From Camelus dromedarius (Eukaryota), in contig NC_087437.1 of assembly GCF_036321535.1 (NCBI RefSeq), positions 4,960,001-5,024,000 on the forward strand: a stretch of 64,000 nucleotides of DNA, given 5' to 3'. Made by a program: the position numbers and the translations under genes. Position 1 is the first letter of the stretch. Each line of letters starts with the position of its first letter. Shown piece by piece: positions 26,431 to 38,396 of this stretch. The notes below the pieces were generated by a model. That model searched no databases. It saw only the letters and a list, made by a program, of their open reading frames with translations, and was not told the DNA's origin.

Positions 26431-29084
26431 TACCCCTCCCGACACTCAGTGAGGACCCCCACACCCATCCTCTACGCCCACTTCTCATGTCCACTCTCAC
26501 CCACGCCACGTTTTTTTCAAGTCACTTGCTTCTCTTGCCAACAAAGCCGCAGGAAAGAATGAGGCTGTGTCCTGACTAAGGACAGGAGCAGAGAGGGCAG
26601 AGGCTGACGGTGCAGGGAGGCCGGGGAAATGCCCGAGGGGAAGGGGTGGGAACAAGCAAACCAACAGGAGGATGCGCAGGCTGGCTGACAGAAGGTGGAA
26701 CAGGTGTTGAGAGGACAAAAATAAAGAGTAAGCACACGGAATGGGTGCGATGCAGGGAGACCCCCAAATAGGCCAGAGGCAGGCAGGACTGAAGCGGGGC
26801 ACCGGGCTGGGCTCCCGAGGGGACAAGAAGTAAGGGAAGTCGGTCAACCTGTGCAGTCGAAGTAGACGGGTCCCCCACGTTAAGTCTCAGCAAACACACC
26901 GGCACTAAAAGCTTCCCATGCACCAGAAAACACTACCCGAGCTGACACTGCTCAAACTTGGAGGTCAAGGCCCCTCCAGAGGGCGGTGTGCGGCCAAACT
27001 GAACCCAGCAGACCAGGTGAAGGAGGTTCCAGGACAGCGAAGCCCAGGCTCCCTGTGCCTGGAGACATGGCAGTGCCAACAATGAAAGAAGCTGTGTCAG
27101 ATAGCGGGAGTTCCAAGTTCAGGACTGTGGCTCCAACATGCTGAGGACGCCAGAAGTGAGCAGGTAGGGAGTTCGATTTTATAACGGAACCTGGAGTCTC
27201 AGTAGGTAGAACACAGCTAACAAGGAAAGGAAACACTGATTAATGATACTTCAAAAGCCATAATTCAACAGCCAAAACATGGGAGGTTCTAAAACCAGTA
27301 ACACAAAATAACGCACCAGGACACGCAAAATAATCCATGTATTACTAGCCATCTGTAAGTCAAGCAGTCAAGTCAGTACCTCTAAAGCTAAGGGAAAGTG
27401 ATACACAGAAATTAAGCTCTATGATAAAAGAGAGACAGAAGGATAATTTAAGAGACTCTATTTAAAGTAACTCAATATACATCTTTAAAATAATTTGTTT
27501 CTTTAAAATAGCAAGGATTAACCATTCACTCATTGTTAAATGAGTGGATTAACCATTATTTAAAATATACACAATCTTCCAGAACATTTCTCTAATACAC
27601 CTCTACTGTGTTGGATTTACAACTCTCGACTAGTTTCTGAACTGGGAAATACTCCAATCAGGCTTCCTCTCACCGTCCCGGTCAGTATTAAATCAGCGTG
27701 TCTGATGGTCACAGCCCCTGGCCCTCATCTATTGAAGTCTCTACGTTCCAGACATCTTCTCTACTTGAATCACCCAAGCTCCTACAGACATGCAGGTTTC
27801 TAACTACCTGTCTGTACCCTACATTAGGCTACTCAGCGGCTTTACCTGACTAGTACTACACTTGCTGTTCCGATCCATTCAGCTGGTTTCACCTCCACTG
27901 CTCACCTCTGATACTGCTTTTACATCCCTTAAAAGCCAGCTGCTGTTAACCCTGAAGTCCAACCAACTCCACTTCTCCAGGATGTGACTGTCACTTGCCC
28001 TGCTGTTTAAGGTTCTCCCAGGGACACTTCTCACTCCTGGTGTGACCCAGTCTGACACTCTGGAACTGCACACTGCAGAGCTTATAAGCTCTCAAAAAGT
28101 GGGGGAACCTCTCACCATTCTGAGAACTATCCAATATAGAAGCTTTCTGTTTACTCATCTACATACACATCCACACACACACATATATAAAATCTTTCAA
28201 AGTCCTGCTGGAATTATCTGATTTTATCCTAATTAATTTACACTAATAAAAATATAATACTAACGATAATTAAGAAGGTCCTTTCTGACTTTCATCACTT
28301 CTAATCTGAGAGTTCCCTCAAAAGGAAAAGGGAAAGAGGAAATGTCATCAATAAGCTGTTTCTTTAAAAAAAAAAACAAAACAAAACACACTTCAGTTAA
28401 CTACAGTTAAAGTTCAGCAATTTAATCTGGATCAAGACTAAGATTTGCAGTTCTCCTAAATAAAGTATTCGATTCTTTCCGGGTGGTAAAGATTAAGGAA
28501 AAACATACACTCAAATGAAATACCCCCATGTGACACAAATCTGCCAACAACGTACTTATAGTTTTTGTTCCTCTAAAGGGACATTTTATTCAGGCTACAT
28601 ATGGCTCCCGTCCACCAAGAATGAGAGAGAACGACAATACAAGAGGAACATGGGTAAATAAAACCCCATTAAAAATACTTCAAGGACCCCCAACGCTACC
28701 ACTGGGTTTCATTAGCCATTTCTCCCTGATGCTCTCAAAGCACCAAGTATTACAATTAACAGGTAAGAAAACTGTCCTTATCTAACTCCATCCTATCCCA
28801 CACGAGAAAGAAGACCCTCTATTATACGTAGATATACCCCCATTTTCAAGGACCACTAGGTAATAGGCATACAAATGTTTGTTTTCTAATAAAATACTTA
28901 GGATGTTAATTATAATCATTTCCATGAAAATTATCACAAAAAAACCCATAGTATTTATATATAAGGTCTCGAAGTCAACAGCTGAAGACTAACTTACAAA
29001 ATACAGGAGTTTAAAAATACAAAATAGTGCAAACCAAGGGCAGTGGTTCCTAAGTCAGAATTTGGAGAATAATCTAAGGAGTCG

Positions 29085-29500
29085 TATCCATTAAAGTAAC
29101 AGCAGATGCTATAATAGATCCATCCCCAAACTGTGGCATAACATAACAGTTCGTTTTTATCTCATGTTTTTACAAGATCCAAAAAATCTTATTAACGATC
29201 AGCTGCATGCACGAGGAGGCTGGAGATGCCCTGGCTGATGGAGTCCAGCTCTCGGTCCCATCCTTTCTGAAGCTGCTCTAGCAGACAAGGCCCAGCCGGC
29301 AGGTGGACAACAGAGGCGTGTCTGAGGGAGGCTGGTGTTGGCCAGGGCTGAGGACCGCTCAGCGTCTGCTCACTTTCCTACAGCCTGTTCTCAGTCATGT
29401 GGCCGTCCCCGCATGCAGCAGGGGCCAGTGAGTCAAGCTAGCTGGAATCCCAGCGAAAAAGCAGCAGCCTTGGTGAGGAACAAGCCAGTCTAGTTACCAC
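29085..29500. mobile_element. Old MaLR (MLT1-like) LTR
   Basis: Degenerate MLT1 motifs (ccccaaactgtggcataacataaca; agtcatgtggcc). Confidence 0.5.
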
Positions 29501-30014
29501 AAAAGGTTTTACCATAGACACTGGGGCGTTACCCCCAGGACCCCCAAAACCTGTACTTCAGATGGCTAAGTCACTCCAGTATATGCTCATGTTAGGAATT
29601 ACTGGCTTGGGAAGTAAAGGACCTGGAACAAACAGGGAAAACATTTCCATGGATGTTTTGAACAATGTGTGGATAAAAAGAAAACTAAAAGGTGACGAAA
29701 ACACTGAGCCTCGGTGCCACAGGAGCACTGTGGGAACTCTCCCCTCCTGGGGAGCGCTGGTGGCTCCTCTCAGCATTCCCCACCTCATCTCATACTCCCC
29801 ACCACACTCTCCTCGGCCATGAACGCTTCTCATCACATCAATTACCATGGAGGACCAGCCTCACACTTAACTGCTACTGTAACAATGCTTCTCTGTTTGA
29901 AGGTCCCACAGGAACTCAATGTACCCAGAATTGAGGTAGTGATACCCTCTCTCCAGCTCCTCTCCCCACATGCCCCATGCACTCAGGCCCCCAGTCGATG
30001 CTCTAGCATCAGCG

Positions 30015-31800
30015 ATAAACTGGGCTTCAACACTAAAAGCTTTTGCACTTCAAAGAATATTACCAAGAAGGTAGAAAGACAATCGACAAAACGGGAGAAA
30101 ATTTTTGCAAATCATATATCTGATAAGGGACCTGTCTGTAAAATCTATAAAGAGCTCCTATAACTCAGTAATAAAAAGACAAATAGCCTGATTAAAAATT
30201 GGGCAAAGGATCTGATAAAAAGATGCTCAACATCATTGACCATCAGGGAAATGCACTTCAAAGCCACAAATGATACCACTTCACACACACGAGGATGGTA
30301 GACAGTGTTATCGAGGATGTGGAGAGACTGGAACCCTCATACACTGCTGGTGGAAATGCACAATGGTGCAGCAATCCTGGATAACAGACTGGGAGTTCTT
30401 TAAAAGGCTGAATACAGACTGACCACATAACCCAGCTAGTCCTCCTTTTAAGTATATATCCAAGAGAAATAAAAACTTTTGTCCACACAAAAGCTTGTAC
30501 ACAAATGTTCATAGCAGCATTATTCTTACTGCCCAAAAAGTGGATACAATTCAAATGTCCATCAACTGTTGCGTGAATAAATAAAACGTGGCATGACACA
30601 ATGGAATATGGTATTATTCAGCAATAAAAAAAAATTGATACGTGCTACAATATGGCTGAGCCTTGAAAATATGCTAAGTGAACTAGGTAAATTTTAGACA
30701 GAAAGTAGATCAGCAGTTGCCTAGGGCTGGGGACAATGCGTGTCTGGGGGAGGAACAGGTTTAGGGGTAAGAGGTTTCTTTGGGGCTTGATACAATGTTC
30801 TAAAATTGTTTGTGGCGATACACAGCTCTGTGAATATACTAAAAATCACTGAATTGTACAATTTAAATTGGTGTGTGAATTCTATCAGTAAAGCTGTTTT
30901 AAAAAGAAAAGGCGATAACTCAACAACAAAAAACAATCTGATTAAAAAGCAGGCCAAGGAAGTGAATAGGCATTTCTAAAGAAGACATACAGATGGCCAA
31001 ATATGAGAAGCACATGAAAAGATGTTCAATGTCACTAATTATTAGGAACAAATCAAAAAATTTTTAAAAATGAGATATCACCTCACATCTGTTAGAATGG
31101 CTATTATCAAAAAATCAAGAAATAACAAGTGTTGGCAAGGATGTGGAGAAAAGGGAACCCTCATACACTGTTGGTGGGAATGTAAATGGTGCAGCCAGTC
31201 TGAAAAACAGAATGGAGATTCCTCAAAAAGTTAAAAATAGAGCTGCCATATAATCCAGCAATCCCACTTTTGAGTATTTATTCAAGGAACACAAAATATT
31301 AACTAGAAAAGATACATGTACTCCTATGTTCCTCACAGCACTATTTACAATAGCCAAGATATGGAAATAGCCTAAGTGCTCATCAATGGTTGAAAGGATA
31401 AAGAAAATATGGTATACACAAACACTGGAATACTACTCAGCCATTAAAAAAGATAAAATCTTGCCTTTTTTGGACAATGTCAATGGACCTTGAGGGTGTT
31501 ATACAAAGTGAAATTGGTCAGGCAGAGAAAGACAAATACTGTATGATTTCACTTATGTGGAATATAAAAAAAATAAGCAAAAAACCAAAATAAACAAATA
31601 AACTAAACAACAACAAACACATAAATACAGACACTGAGTAGTGTTTACCAGAGGGGCAGGGGTGGGGGCAGGGGAAGGAGGTGGTGAGCACACTGTAGTG
31701 TATACAGAAGCAGAAACAGAATGCTGTACTCATGAAACTTACACAATGTTATAAAGTAATGTTACCTCAATAAAAAGTGTATTTTTTTAAAAAAAAAAAG
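30015..31800 (+). mobile_element. Two adjacent L1 3' ends (~30015-30905 and ~30910-31800)
   Basis: KSFCTSKNITKKVERQ..REKIFANHISDKG peptide; two distinct 3' UTRs, each ending in an A tract. Confidence 0.9.
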
Positions 31801-34187
31801 CTATCAAGCTTTTTCATCGAGAAATTGATGCAAGAGAAAAGGCTGCCAGCTCCCTCTCCAGGCTAATTTATACTTCCTATTGTAAGACTTAAAGTTTGTG
31901 GGGCCTTATTGGCACCTCAGGTAATAGGAAATAAAGTTAAATGTAGTGCTCAACTGTAGAACTTTCATTCCCAGCTCCTAGAATAAGCATTTGTTTCAGA
32001 AGCAACTGCTGCCTGATTTCCCTTTTTAAATATTTTAACTGTCCTGTGCTGCATGTTTTAATATTAACTATGGCCTTCAATTGTTAAGAGTAGAAAAGAT
32101 ACTATCTTTAACTTTACAATAATGAGTAAACCATCACCAATTAAGAATCTGAACTTAAATTTACTGGGCAAAAGTGAACTTTTCACTAAAGTGGTGGGAA
32201 TAGTAATTCTCTCCAGACTGATTCGTATGCCCATCAGTACAAAGAATCCCGGCAACTTTTCTTAAAATCGTTATCACATAAGGTGGATGAACCACTTAAC
32301 AGTATGACCAAGAACCGGGTTAGGGGATAGGAGTGGAAATTAGACCTAAAGTTCTTGAGAACTTTAATCATTGTGCACAATGTACTATAACACTTTAAAA
32401 CTTCATTGGTTTAAGTAACTAGAGATTCATTAACTTTTGCTTTAAATTAGAAGTATTACTGTGTGACTGGTTTGATGTAAACTGTCCACAGACATGATAT
32501 ATTAGCCAGAACAAAAAGGCTTAATCCTAAGCTACTGTCTTCAGGCACAACACATTTTCCAGGGGTATCTTACTCTAGTCCAGCTAGAGTGCGTTCACTG
32601 AACATGAATTTTACATCATACTAGAGAAATTTAAAGGAAACAAGATAAAATGCTAACTACTTGGATGATCCACTTTTTTCTACTACCAGAATCAACGTTT
32701 AATTGCATTTTCATGTTTAACTGACCCTAGTGGGACTTATGCAACAAACAAACTGTCAACTGTCATGTGAATATAAGACACAATTGTACATATAAGTAAG
32801 CCACTATAATGCCAATGAGGATTCTTTAAAGACTTACTCATTCTCATTCAAACTTCTGCTTAGTATTTAATATACTCAGTTTGTACTGAATTAAAATGTT
32901 TTACATATGTTCTGAATGAATGCAGTAGCCGCCTAACCAGTGCTGGGTGTCCCCACTTGTCTTCTGTAATCAACTCTTCTGAAACCTATAAAGCAGTGGT
33001 TATTTAACTCTGGGGTGCAGCAGGCCCCTCAGAGGACCTAATACAAGTTATGAACCCTCTTGAGAGGACGTGTATGCACATTCCTGCTAAGCCCTTCACA
33101 GTCCCTAATTTGGACTTCCCACCACCTACTAATCAAGTCCAAACTCAGTCATCTATTTCCCATCCTTTCCAACTGTACACACCAGACAGGTCTACCTCCT
33201 GCCCACCCAACATGAATACACCGTCCTCTTTTTCTGGTTTGCCTTCATGGTTCCCTCCTGTTGCTTTCCTGCACAAGTGTTTGCTCTTGACAAATCCTTC
33301 CTGAGAACCTAAAATACCTCTCATGCCATAAGGGTTTCCCTCTGCCTGCAATCAGATCATCTGATCCTTTCTGAATGCGGAATCACGTTACCTGCATCTC
33401 TTATGCAGCACTCCACGTCCTCCACTGTATTACACAAGGAATCCAGAAACAGAGGACATGGACACACTTATGGTTGAACTACTTGTTAGTTACATTTCCA
33501 AACAACAAGCTCCATATGTCTTTCCTCAACATCTACATAAACCTTTTCATGCAGAGTATCTCAGACACTGTGCTTTGTTTCTGTCTTCACTCATTTTCTA
33601 GTCAATAAAATTCTTAGGGGCAGAGCTGGTAGCTACTGCATCCTGTGTCCCCCACAGTCTCCAACACAGAGCAAGCAGACACCCGATACAGAATACTTGA
33701 ATATTTGGGCATCGGTGTTTTCCAGGCATTTCACACATCCTGTATCCCCAGTTATATATTTCAAGGATCTTTTTTTTTTTTTCCTACTGAACAAATAATA
33801 CTCTACCCTTAGTGGACAAGTGACAAATGAGAACTTACAATCCAAAATAATGATTAAGCTATTCTTATCCATCCAATATCTACTCACTGATACATACAAA
33901 TTCTGTTCAAAACAATCCTTCAATATATTAAGAATTCTTACCTAACGACCATTAACTCAGGAGCGAGCACAAAGATGGATCCTCTACAGAAGTAATCCAA
34001 AAGTGAAAGCTATTATCCTTTAGTACTACTGCCAACAAGTTTAACTCGGGTTATAAAACAAACTCAGAAAACAGAAACAAAAAAATCTAGCTTATACATA
34101 TGCACACTACCCGAGGCAGTAAAACAGTATAAAAGTATAGGACCTTTTTAAAAATAAACTCTTAAACATGATATAAAAGTTTATGAC

Positions 34188-34505
34188 TGACTGATTCATG
34201 CTACTACAAGGATAAACTTTAAAAATATTATGCTAAGTGAAGGAAGTCAGACATAAAAGGCCACATATTGTATGATTCCATTTATATGAAATATCCAGAA
34301 TAGGCAACTTCATAGAGACAGAAAGTAGATTAGCGACTGCCAGGGAGAGGGTAACACAGAGTCACTGTTAATGGCTTTTTGGAGGGATGAAAACATTCTG
34401 GAATTAGGCAGTGGTAAAGGTTGTACAACTCTGTGAATACTGAAAACTACTCAACACTTTAAAAGGGTGTATTTTATGGTATGTAAATTATAATCTCAGT
34501 TTTTT
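34188..34505 (+). mobile_element. L1M 3' end with TSD
   Basis: TSD aaagtttatgac at 34176-34187 and 34506-34517. Confidence 0.85.
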
Positions 34506-34599
34506 AAAGTTTATGACACTTTTGGCTTTTATCTCAAAGAAAAATTTTTAAATAGGAATCTTATTTTATAGTCGTTTGTTTTCTCCAGCTGATCCAAAC

Positions 34600-34960
34600 T
34601 AGCAGTATAAACTGGGCCCTACCAGGCCCTTTTAAAACCACAGGTTTAACTGAAGAAGAAAAAAAAAAAAAAAAAAAACCCACAGGTTTAAATTTTTCTC
34701 AATGGTAACTACTAACTGGCCAACATTTGTATATAAAATTTTCATAGGAATCTAGATTTCTGGCTTCTTACAAAACAAAACAAAACTGGAGTTCTAAAAA
34801 TACTAGGCACACCTGCACTGCAACAATGGCTCGCCGCTGAGCAGCAAAGAACATACCTGCTATGTGCCATGATCTCCCTCATGCCCTACTGTCTCCTAGA
34901 CACTAAAGCCAAGTGTCAGCTGCCATTTAGCTTCTCAGTTGTGAGTTTGTTATCCCTGGT
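34600..34960. mobile_element. hAT-Charlie (MER102-like) fragment
   Basis: aatctagatttctggcttc motif and a tttgttatccctg terminus. Confidence 0.45.
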
Positions 34961-35039
34961 CCAAACAAAGGCCATTTACCTTTCCTTCTAGGGAATACTA
35001 TGAATTGCGGCTGATACATTACAATGTAATCCTGTAATT

Positions 35040-35345
35040 AGTAAAAGGGTACAAATTTCCAGCTATAAGTTCTGGGGCTCTAATGCACAGCATGGTGACT
35101 ATAATTAGTAATGCTCTATTATGTACGTATAATTGAAAGTTGTTCAAAAACATTAAATGTTATCTACACACACACACACAAATGGTAATTTGTGAGGGGA
35201 CGGAGGTGTTAACTAACCTTACCGTGGTAAGCATTTCACAATATGTACATGTATCAAACTGTCATCTTGTACACCTTGAACTTACATGTTATATATTAAT
35301 AATCTCCCAATAAAGCTGGAAAGCAAATAAAATAAATTTTAAATA
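35040..35345 (+). mobile_element. L1MA-type 3' end
   Basis: gggtacaaatttccagctataag...cagcatggtgactata...aataaagctgg. Confidence 0.85.
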
Positions 35346-36687
35346 TAATCATGCATGATTACATTTTTATTAACTGCAAAGAGAAAAAAACCTGACAGTG
35401 ACACCTGTTGAATAAAACCCTGCAATAGTTACAAATTCATGCTGTATAAACACTTTAATGTGGAGGCGAGGGGAAATCAAGGGAAAAGTTCATGGTTCTA
35501 CTTGTACAAATAGGAAACAAGTTATTTTCATTTCACTTACAATTAAAAGTTATTTTCATCTACTAAGAGAAAGTAGTACAGTAGTAACTTCTTACCCCCA
35601 TGTTGGCATTGGCACAAAATGAGAGAAAGCTGTCTTATTTAGATCATTCACTGGATATGAAAACAAACTGTTTTATTTACTCATTGATTTTATGTTTAAA
35701 CAATCTAGAACCCCCTTGATGCTTACGGGCATAAAGAAAAACAACCCCTACCCAATATTTAGCGTCTACGTATTAGACTATTTACAAGACATAAGAAACC
35801 AAAATACAAGATGAATATGGAAATAACATAGAAAAGCAGGCTCTACTGCTTCCTATCTCAAGTGTAAATGAGGACTGAGCTAAATACAATGTCAAGTACC
35901 TTCCAGCTTTAAAATTCTGCGTCCTTATCCAGACCTCCTCCTTCCCTCCAAATAAAATAATTCATCTAGATGAACTGTCTGTCCTGTAGACGGGAAAGGT
36001 TAAAACCGTATTTGTACTTCATTTCACATCCAGCATCACTTTTAATAGCTGATAAAATATCAACATAGAGAGGACTCCTAAAAGCAGCTATTCCCTTTAA
36101 ACCTGACAAAAACAAACTCATTTCTCAAAGTCTTCTGAAAGAGAGACCAAATGAGCCAATTACTTAGTATTTTAGGGGTAAAACCCCAATGTTCTTTTCT
36201 CCCCTGTGAGCCAGAGCACTTTACTAACTTGCCCAAATATACTCAAGTTTGAAGGTGATATTTTAGATACCATTACCAGTGAGTATCAACAAACATTATA
36301 CAAAACTAGAATAGCATCACAATTGTTTCATAACTGCAATTCCTACCTACACACACAAATGCAAAGGTGAAAGCAGATTTTATACCCAACTGAAAACACG
36401 ATCCTGTTTCAGTTTAAATCTGATGGTGAATAAAATGGGATGTCCTCCTAAAAGTTTACCAAATTTCTAATGCACAGTATGATCCAAGTAACTTTTTTCC
36501 AAAGTGTGGGACCAGAGACAAAACAAAAATTTCTACTTCCACTATGATTTATGGAAGAGCAAAGGGCCATTAGATCAGTAAAGATTAGTGCAGAACCGAG
36601 ATCGTGACTTTCACATCATTAAGAGTATGAGTTAACAGTACAGGAATTAGCAGAAATTGGTTTATGCTTTTCCTGTTATTCTCTACC

Positions 36688-36903
36688 AGTACTGCCCCCC
36701 CCCAGAACTTTCTGATAATACAGATGTTTCATATCTGTGCTGTCCCATACCAGTCAGGAGTCACATGGAGCTACCCAGTACTTGAAATGTGGTGAGCAGG
36801 AATGAAGAGCTGAATTTGTTTTATTTTATTTAAAATTAAAGTGAATTTAAATTTAAGTTGCCACATGTGGCTAGTTGCTATCATATTGGACAATGCAGTT
36901 CTA
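36688..36903 (+). mobile_element. MER3-like hAT element
   Basis: agaactttctg...atatctgtgctgtcc...gccacatgtggctag...attggaca. Confidence 0.75.
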
Positions 36904-37924
36904 TAATTTAAATTTCAGTGTATAATCTTGATTGAACAGTAGTTTTTCAAAGTATCATGTCCTGATGATGTTAATACCAGCTAAAACCTTCCTGATACCA
37001 AATGATACACAAGTTCAGCCATTAGCCTAACCAAAATAGTCACTTATGAAATGACACTACTTAGGTTCAGAAAGAAGGTACAATACTCACTAAGAGACAA
37101 TATTGAAGAATGCATCTCAAGGTTTTCCCCATTGTCTTTCAACAGGGGATCTCACTTTTGGAATAGCTTCCCGATGCATGCAAGTCACCTTCCCTTCAGA
37201 CCTGTTCAATTATCTTCTACTCGGAGAAACAAATGGCAAAAGTAAATTCTCAGCACTAATAAGTCTCCTGAGTCTCCGTATATTTCATGTTAATTCCTTT
37301 TTCTGCAAGGAGAGGTACTAAGGTTTGGACACCTCTGCACCGCCTGAAAGCCCTGTTACCCACGTCCCGTGGTTTTAGGTGTACAAGTCACTGACATCAG
37401 GGCGATTTAGTTCCTAGACACAAAGTATTTCCTCAATCCAAGAGAGTCACGACTCTTTCCGGCGCTTCAGGTATTCCTGTCTCCGCTCTTCCCAAGTCAA
37501 GAAAAGTAACCAAGATGGTGCATGCGATGACACAAGAAAACAAGTCTAGGAACTTGCACCCTGAATACCCAGCTCCTGAGCAAAATCCACCGCCTCTGAC
37601 CCGGAGAGGGCTGGCCTAGAGCTGCCAGCATACCAGCAAGGTCGTGACCCTTGATCACAGCCGCCGCAGGCTCCGCCCGGAACGGGAAGCCACCTGTTAG
37701 GCCCGGGCCTCACCTGGCTGGAGGAGAGGCGCGGACCCGGACGTGGCGCGGGCCCCGCCCCTCTCGCGGCGGCCGGAGGCGGCACGTGGGCTCCCCGCCC
37801 CGGCTGCGCTGACAGGCGGGCCGCCCCCTCGCACCGGACCCGCCGAGCGGGCGCCTAGAGGCCCACACCGCCCGCCCGCCCTCGCTCCCGGGCCGGGAGA
37901 CCCGCCCCGCCGCCCCTCGCCTAC

Positions 37925-37951
37925 CTGGTCGCGGAGTTTGAGGAACGCCAT
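37925..37951 (-). CDS. ANKRD28: First coding exon (9 codons, MAFLKLRDQ) of ankyrin repeat domain 28, PP6 regulatory ankyrin subunit A
   Basis: Minus strand reads GACGGCC-ATG GCG TTC CTC AAA CTC CGC GAC CAG|GTAGGC: strong Kozak context, phase-0 donor, inside a CpG island. The peptide matches the recalled ANKRD28 N-terminus. Confidence 0.9.
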
Positions 37952-38315
37952 GGCCGTCGCCGTCGCCGCCGCCTGGCCACCGCTACCGCCCCAGGAGCCT
38001 CGCCCGCGCCCGGGGCAGGCGAGTTGGCGGCCGTGCGCCCAGGAGTCCGCGGGCGGGGGGCGGCGCCGCCTCCCTCCCCGCCGACCGCTGCCGCCGCCGC
38101 GAGGGGTGAGGAGCCGGCGGGCCCGCCTCCTCCGAGGAGGACTCTCGCTCTTTCCTCCCGAGCTTCCTCTGCCCCTCTGACACCGCCGCCGCCGCCGCCT
38201 CCTCACGCCCCCTTCCCAAGACACCCGGGCAGCCCCCACGGCCGCGCCGGTCCAGCCCGCTGCAGCGGCGGCATCCAAACTCCACTCCACAATATTACCA
38301 CCACCGCCCGCCGCG

Positions 38316-38396
38316 ATTGGCCGCCGTGCGGGGGAGAGGCCAGAGTAAGCCGAGCGCCCATTGGCCACGCCGCCGCGCTCGCTCGGGCCCCGCCCC
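38316..38396 (-). promoter_or_regulatory. Two NF-Y-type CCAAT boxes plus an Sp/KLF GC box
   Basis: ATTGG at 38316-38320 and 38360-38364 (minus strand GGCCAATCG and GGCCAATGG); GCCCCGCCCC at 38387-38396. Confidence 0.7.

Larger units (their letters stand above)
1..37924 (-). other. ANKRD28: Intron 1 of ANKRD28 (partial; continues beyond the window start)
   Basis: GT donor at 37924-37923. No ankyrin-coding exon (expected PSLVQAIF...) was seen in the window; the region is repeat-dense. Confidence 0.8.
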
